Virus record (IMG/VR): IMGVR_UViG_3300025141_013938
Strand: one strand, 5' to 3'
DNA from: an uncultured virus (IMG/VR IMGVR_UViG_3300025141_013938)
Taxonomy: Duplodnaviria > Heunggongvirae > Uroviricota > Caudoviricetes
DNA: 64,000 nt
Shown: piece after piece, positions 59,141 to 64,000 of the stretch
Numbering within the stretch: the stretch's first letter is position 1
Layout: every line of letters begins with the position of its first letter
Made by a program: the position numbers and the translations under genes
Notes under the pieces: generated by a model
Seen by the model: the letters and a program-made list of their open reading frames with translations, nothing else
Databases searched by the model: none
What the model was told of the DNA's origin: nothing

Positions 59141-60520
59141 GTGAAAATGTCTGATACTGATCTCTTTAGTCAGTATGGAAAATCTTTTCAAGAAAAGATA
59201 TTTCAAGCACTTTTAACAGATCATACCTGGGGTTCTCAGATGCTTGAGGTAATGACACCTGAATTTTTTGAAGTAAGGTATTTAAGATATCTTACAAAAA
59301 AATATTTTAAATACTTTGAAAAATATAAGACATTTCCAACACTTTCCTTGCTAATAACAATCATTAGAGATGATTTACGTGAGGGAAATGATATAATTTT
59401 GAGAGATCAAATAATTGAATTTCTTCACAGGTTAAAGGTTAGCCCTGATATGGGTGATCTTGCATTTGTTAAAGATAAATCACTTGATTTCTGTAGAAAA
59501 CAGGCACTTAAGAGTGCACTTGAAAAATCTGTTGAGATGGTTGCCACTGATAGATATGAGGAGGTCATATCTGTTATGAAAGATGCTATTTCAAGAGGCA
59601 TGTCAAGTACATTAGGGCATAATTTTTTTGAAGATTTTGAACATAGATTTTCTAAAGTTGCAAGAGTGACTTGCCCAACTGGATTACAACAGCTTGATAA
59701 AAAAGATTTATTAAACGGCGGATTGGGTAGGGGAGAAATAGGAGTTATAACAGCTCCTACCGGGGCTGGAAAATCTCACTTCCTAGTACACCTCGGTGTT
59801 GAGGCACTTAAGGTTGGCAAGAATGTTGTTCACTATACATTTGAACTTTCTGAGAGAGCTGTAGGTCTGAGATATGATAGCAACCTTTGTGACATTCCAA
59901 GTAATGAAGTTATTGACAGAAAGAATGAAGTAATTGAAAAATATGAGAGCATGGATACAGGAAGGCTTATCATCAAGGAATATCCAACTGGTGCGGCGTC
60001 TGTTATGACTATTAGAAATCACATTGAAAAATTACTTCTCAAGTCATTTATTCCAGGACTAATAATAATCGACTATGCAGATATTATGAAGCCGTCGAGA
60101 AAGCTTGATTTTCTTCGTCATGAATTGAAGTTAATATATGAGGAGCTAAGAAACTTATCAATGGATCTAAACGTTCCTGTCTGGACAGCATCGCAGGCAA
60201 ATAGAGAAGCTGCTAATTCATCTGTTGTAGGGCTAGAAAATATGTCAGAGGCTTATGGAAAAGCAATGGTTGCAGATGTTGTACTCTCGCTTTCTAGAAA
60301 GCCTATTGAAAAATCATCTGGTGCTGGAAGGCTATTTGTTGCTAAGAATAGGTCCGGAAGAGACGGAATTTTATTTCCCGTATTTTTAGACACTGCTAAG
60401 TCAAAGATCTCAATTGTTGAAAGTGCAAGTGAGATGTCAATAGAAGATATTATCAACACAGACTCAGGTTCACTAAGAGATCTTTTGAGAGAAAAGTGGA
60501 AAGAGGTTAACGGTGATTAA
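59141..60520 (+). CDS. Replicative DnaB/gp41-like helicase
   Basis: GGLGRGE, APTGAGKS, TFELSE, IIIDYAD, WTASQANR, KNRSG; start may be ATG 59147. Confidence 0.92.
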   Translation: MKMSDTDLFSQYGKSFQEKIFQALLTDHTWGSQMLEVMTPEFFEVRYLRYLTKKYFKYFEKYKTFPTLSLLITIIRDDLREGNDIILRDQIIEFLHRLKVSPDMGDLAFVKDKSLDFCRKQALKSALEKSVEMVATDRYEEVISVMKDAISRGMSSTLGHNFFEDFEHRFSKVARVTCPTGLQQLDKKDLLNGGLGRGEIGVITAPTGAGKSHFLVHLGVEALKVGKNVVHYTFELSERAVGLRYDSNLCDIPSNEVIDRKNEVIEKYESMDTGRLIIKEYPTGAASVMTIRNHIEKLLLKSFIPGLIIIDYADIMKPSRKLDFLRHELKLIYEELRNLSMDLNVPVWTASQANREAANSSVVGLENMSEAYGKAMVADVVLSLSRKPIEKSSGAGRLFVAKNRSGRDGILFPVFLDTAKSKISIVESASEMSIEDIINTDSGSLRDLLREKWKEVNGD

Positions 60521-60555
60521 CTATCGCTGTAAATATTACATTATCGAGGTGTCAT

Positions 60556-63039
60556 GTGTCGACGTTTGAAGAAGCAATTAGTGCATGTATTGAATATTTT
60601 GGAGGAGATGAACTAGCTGCTAATGTTTTTGTGACAAAATATGCTCTAACTGATAAAGATGGTGTGATACATGAGCTAACACCTGATGATATGCATCACA
60701 GAATGGCACGTGAATTTGCACGAATAGAGAAAAAATATCCAAATCCCATGTCAGAGGAAGGGATCTATGATCTTTTCAAGGATTTTAAGTATATAGTTCC
60801 ACAGGGTTCTCCTATGTCAGGTGTTGGTAACCCATACCAGATCCAGTCACTATCTAACTGCTTCGTTATTGAGTCACCATATGACTCATATGGGGGAATT
60901 TTAAAGACTGATCAGGAATTAGTTCAAATTGCTAAGAGGCGAGGAGGAGTAGGGTTTGATCTTTCAACGATTCGACCTAAGGGCCTGTCTACTAAAAATT
61001 GTGCAAGAACAACAGACGGCATTGAGGTCTTCATGGATCGTTTTTCTAATTCATGCCGAGAGGTGGCACAGGGTGGTCGCAGAGGTGCATTAATGCTTAC
61101 GATATCTGTACATCATCCGCAGATCAGAGATTTCATAAGGATCAAGCAAAATTTAACAAGAGTAACAGGCGCAAATATTAGTGTAAGACTGTCTGATGAG
61201 TTTTTACAAGCTGTCAATGACGATAAAAAGTTTCAGCTAAGATTTCCTGTAGATTCTGATGATCCTAAATTTTCCTCACTAGTGTCTGCAAGAGAAATAT
61301 GGGAAGAAATAATTGAATGTGCACATTCTTGTGCAGAACCAGGTCTTCTTTTTTGGGACACTGCAACAAGACTGACGCCATCAGACATCTATTCTGATAA
61401 AGGGTTTGGGTCTACTTCTACTAATCCTTGTGGAGAAATTATTTTATCTCCTTATGATAGCTGTCGTCTTATGGTTATTAACCTTTTATCTTTTGTGAAG
61501 AGTCCATATACTCCCCTGGCTGAATTTGATTTTTCTTCTATGCAAAGTGTTGTTCAAAAAGCACAAAGGTTAATGGACGACATGATTGATCTTGAAATAG
61601 AACAAATTAAAAAAATTATAAAAAAGATTGAAAATGATCCAGAGCCTTCAAGTGTTAAGAAGATTGAAAAGGATATGTGGATAAATATTAAAACACAGGC
61701 ACATCTAGGTAGAAGAACTGGATTAGGCATGACAGCAGTTGGTGATACACTTGCTGCACTAGGAATTCGCTATGGGTCGCAAGAGTCTATTGATGCTGTA
61801 GAGGAATTTTATAAAAATTTAGCCATTAATTCATATAAGTCTTCGTGTGTGATGGCAAAGGAGCGGGGAGCATTTGAAATTCATGATCACAACAAAGAGA
61901 GAGAGAATGAATTTTTGAAAAGAATATGGGGTGCATCTCCAGATGTATATGAGCTTTCTAAAAAATATGGAAGGAGAAATATTGCTCTTACAACTACAGC
62001 TCCAGCAGGATCTGTGTCAACACTGACACAAACAACTAGTGGGATCGAGCCAGCGTATCTAGTAAAGTATACTCGACGTAAAAAACTAACTGAGCATGAT
62101 TTAGACGGTCGTGTTGACTTTGTTGATGACGTGGGAGATAGGTGGCAAGAATATGATGTTTATCATCATGGGTTTAAGCAGTGGATGGAAACTTTATCTG
62201 ATGAAGAGATAAATACATCAAATATAGAAGACTTAGTTGAATCTAGCCCATATGCAAGAGCGACGTCTAGTGAAATTGACTGGGTTGCTAAGGTAAAGAT
62301 GCAAGCTGCAGCACAAAAGTGGATATGTCATGCGATTTCAAATACAACAAATGTTCCAGCTGACACTGATGTAGAGACAATAAAGAAAATCTATCTAGAG
62401 GGGTGGAAGTCTGGATGCAAGGGAGTGACAGTATACCGCGAGGGATCTAGAAGCGGTGTGCTTATTAGATCCTTAGGGAACACTTCTAAGTTTGAGACAC
62501 ACGAGGCACCAGTCAGGCCTGATAAGCTTCCATGTCATATACATCACGCATCTATTAAGGGAGAAGCATGGACAATTCTTGTAGGTACACTAGATGGAAG
62601 GCCATATGAGGTTATGGGAGGACTACAGCAGTACATAGAGATTCCCAAGAAGTATAAGGAGGGCATAATCGTAAAGCATTCAAGAAAGACTAGAAATTCA
62701 ATTTATGATCTTAGGGTCGGGAAAAATGGAGATGAGTTTATTATAAAAGATATAGTCTCAGTATTTGACAATCCAAATCATGCTGGTTTTACTAGAACTA
62801 TCTCTCTCGCTCTACGACATGGTGCAAACATACACTATGTAGTCGAGCAGCTTCAGAAGGATCGAGAGATGGATATGTTTTCATTTTCAAAGGTTATAGC
62901 GAGAGTTCTTAAGTCTTATATTAAGGATGGCACAGTTCCAGGAAAGACTGTTTGTGAAAATTGTAGTGCAGAAGATACACTCAGGTATCAGGAAGGCTGT
63001 GTGATGTGCACTGCTTGCAGTTATTCTAAGTGCGGATAG
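60556..63039 (+). CDS. nrdJ: Ribonucleotide reductase, class II (adenosylcobalamin-dependent)
   Basis: LSNCF, GGVG, RRGALM, ANISV, AEPG, TNPCGEI, RRTGLG, APAGS.S, SGIEP, ISNT.N, KG.TVYR; C-terminal extra domain with CENC...CTAC..SKC; no beta-subunit gene adjacent. Confidence 0.88.
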   Translation: MSTFEEAISACIEYFGGDELAANVFVTKYALTDKDGVIHELTPDDMHHRMAREFARIEKKYPNPMSEEGIYDLFKDFKYIVPQGSPMSGVGNPYQIQSLSNCFVIESPYDSYGGILKTDQELVQIAKRRGGVGFDLSTIRPKGLSTKNCARTTDGIEVFMDRFSNSCREVAQGGRRGALMLTISVHHPQIRDFIRIKQNLTRVTGANISVRLSDEFLQAVNDDKKFQLRFPVDSDDPKFSSLVSAREIWEEIIECAHSCAEPGLLFWDTATRLTPSDIYSDKGFGSTSTNPCGEIILSPYDSCRLMVINLLSFVKSPYTPLAEFDFSSMQSVVQKAQRLMDDMIDLEIEQIKKIIKKIENDPEPSSVKKIEKDMWINIKTQAHLGRRTGLGMTAVGDTLAALGIRYGSQESIDAVEEFYKNLAINSYKSSCVMAKERGAFEIHDHNKERENEFLKRIWGASPDVYELSKKYGRRNIALTTTAPAGSVSTLTQTTSGIEPAYLVKYTRRKKLTEHDLDGRVDFVDDVGDRWQEYDVYHHGFKQWMETLSDEEINTSNIEDLVESSPYARATSSEIDWVAKVKMQAAAQKWICHAISNTTNVPADTDVETIKKIYLEGWKSGCKGVTVYREGSRSGVLIRSLGNTSKFETHEAPVRPDKLPCHIHHASIKGEAWTILVGTLDGRPYEVMGGLQQYIEIPKKYKEGIIVKHSRKTRNSIYDLRVGKNGDEFIIKDIVSVFDNPNHAGFTRTISLALRHGANIHYVVEQLQKDREMDMFSFSKVIARVLKSYIKDGTVPGKTVCENCSAEDTLRYQEGCVMCTACSYSKCG

Positions 63040-63061
63040 CATAGTTATGCTTAGAGGCAAC

Positions 63062-63445
63062 ATGGCATACTCAAAAAAGGTCCTAGATCATTTTAAAAAT
63101 CCCAAAAATATAGGATCTTTAGATAAAAATGATAAAAATGTAGGAACGGGAATTGTCGGAGCGCCTGAGTGCGGTGATGTAATGAAGCTACAAATTAGTG
63201 TAAAAGATTGTTGCATAGTTGATGCTAAATTTAAAACATTTGGATGCGGTTCAGCAATAGCTGCATCATCACTTGCAACAGAAATGATAAAAGGTCGTAC
63301 ATTACAAGAAGCATCAACTCTCAAAAATACAGAAATCGTTGATGAGCTCAGCCTCCCACCGGTGAAAATACACTGTTCTGTTCTAGCTGAAGAAGCTATC
63401 AAGTCAGCTATTGAGGACTACAGGAGCAAGAATGATGAAGGGTGA
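63062..63445 (+). CDS. iscU: Fe-S cluster scaffold IscU
   Basis: MAYSKKVLDHF.NP.N.G, APECGDVMKLQI, KTFGCGSAIA, LPPVKIHC. ATG 63062 has an AGAGG RBS and is preferred to 63047. Confidence 0.95.
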   Translation: MAYSKKVLDHFKNPKNIGSLDKNDKNVGTGIVGAPECGDVMKLQISVKDCCIVDAKFKTFGCGSAIAASSLATEMIKGRTLQEASTLKNTEIVDELSLPPVKIHCSVLAEEAIKSAIEDYRSKNDEG

Positions 63446-63451
63446 TATAGA

Positions 63452-63781
63452 ATGTCAATAACAATGACAGAGAATGCAATAAGGGCAGCATCAGATGCAG
63501 TAAATGATGATGACGCACACCCGATCGGCTTGCGAGTAGCAGTAGTCGGCGGCGGATGCTCAGGATATTCTTATGGCCTTGACTTCGTTGAAGACGATGA
63601 TATAGATGAGGATGATTCTCAGCTAAAATTTGGTGGCTTAACAGTCTATCTCGATCCCCACAGCGCGCAGATGCTCGGCGAAACCGAGATCGACTACGTC
63701 GAAACACTCCAGAAGAAGGGCTTCGTGTTTAACAACCCGAACGCGAAGACAACCTGCGGCTGCGGCTCGAGCTTCAGTTAG
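63452..63781 (+). CDS. iscA: A-type Fe-S carrier IscA/ErpA/HesB
   Basis: LRVAV.GGGCSGYSY...F.NPNA..TCGCGSSF. Confidence 0.9.
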   Translation: MSITMTENAIRAASDAVNDDDAHPIGLRVAVVGGGCSGYSYGLDFVEDDDIDEDDSQLKFGGLTVYLDPHSAQMLGETEIDYVETLQKKGFVFNNPNAKTTCGCGSSFS

Positions 63782-63789
63782 CTAAAAAC

Positions 63790-64000
63790 ATGAAATGGAC
63801 AACTAAAGTATCTCATCTTATTAAAGAGGTTGAGCTCAGAAAAAATCCTATAATTGTGACAGTTAATAAGTTTGACGAAAAATCTGCAAAAGAGTTTCAA
63901 CAGCAGATATCTATGGCACATAACACAGGTCAAAGTGTGATTCCAGTTGTGATTGATTCATACGGTGGACAAGCTTACAGCTTAATGTCTATGATTTCCG
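63790..64000 (+). CDS. ClpP-like protease, 3'-truncated by the window (absent from ORF track)
   Basis: MKWTTKVSHLIKEVELRKNPIIVTVNKFDEKSAKEF...IPVVIDSYGGQAYSLMSMI matches the ClpP I.l.InSpGG motif. Confidence 0.7.
   Translation, partial: MKWTTKVSHLIKEVELRKNPIIVTVNKFDEKSAKEFQQQISMAHNTGQSVIPVVIDSYGGQAYSLMSMIS

Noticed and set aside
60528..60540. TGTAA-ata-TTACA palindrome upstream of nrdJ as a possible NrdR box
   Set aside because: Short, single copy and a poor match to the tandem 16-bp NrdR consensus.
181..63707. Numerous minus-strand and nested ORFs in the track (e.g. 46773-47348, 40606-41031, 2625-3074)
   Set aside because: All lie within well-supported + strand genes and show no recognisable motifs; they are shadow ORFs.
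1..64000. Stop-codon reassignment (alternative genetic code)
   Set aside because: Conserved proteins are full length in the standard code and end at TAG, TGA or TAA at the expected C-termini.
1..64000. tRNA, rRNA, CRISPR arrays, introns, inteins, transposases, integrase
   Set aside because: Intergenic gaps are short and no such structures or motifs were seen. Terminase, helicase, RecA and RNR show no intein-sized insertions.

Overview
A 64 kb segment of a large, T4-superfamily-like (contractile-tailed) bacteriophage genome. All credible genes lie on the + strand and read intact in the standard code. Order: putative baseplate/tail-appendage proteins (1-12.4 kb); RuvC-like resolvase, primase and a fused Mre11/SbcD-Rad50/SbcC gene; a head module (terminase, portal, prohead protease, small head proteins, scaffold, 654-aa major capsid protein); an inserted sulfotransferase; neck proteins; two tandem ~1000-aa tail sheath paralogs, tube, chaperones, tape measure and hub; a short exonuclease-less family A polymerase coupled to an HD protein; a putative head-packaged protein linked to an SGNH hydrolase; then SSB, RecA, 5'-3' exonuclease, helicase, class II RNR, IscU, IscA and a truncated ClpP-like gene. 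The ORF track misses two apparent recoding sites. The first is an A_AAA_AAG -1 site, the only evident route to a complete SGNH hydrolase. The second is a T8 +1 site joining the two tail chaperone ORFs. Also visible are several candidate promoter classes (including apparently leaderless genes) and a shared 'LRxxIRE' motif in putative head proteins. Calls come from motif recognition by eye; no database search was run.
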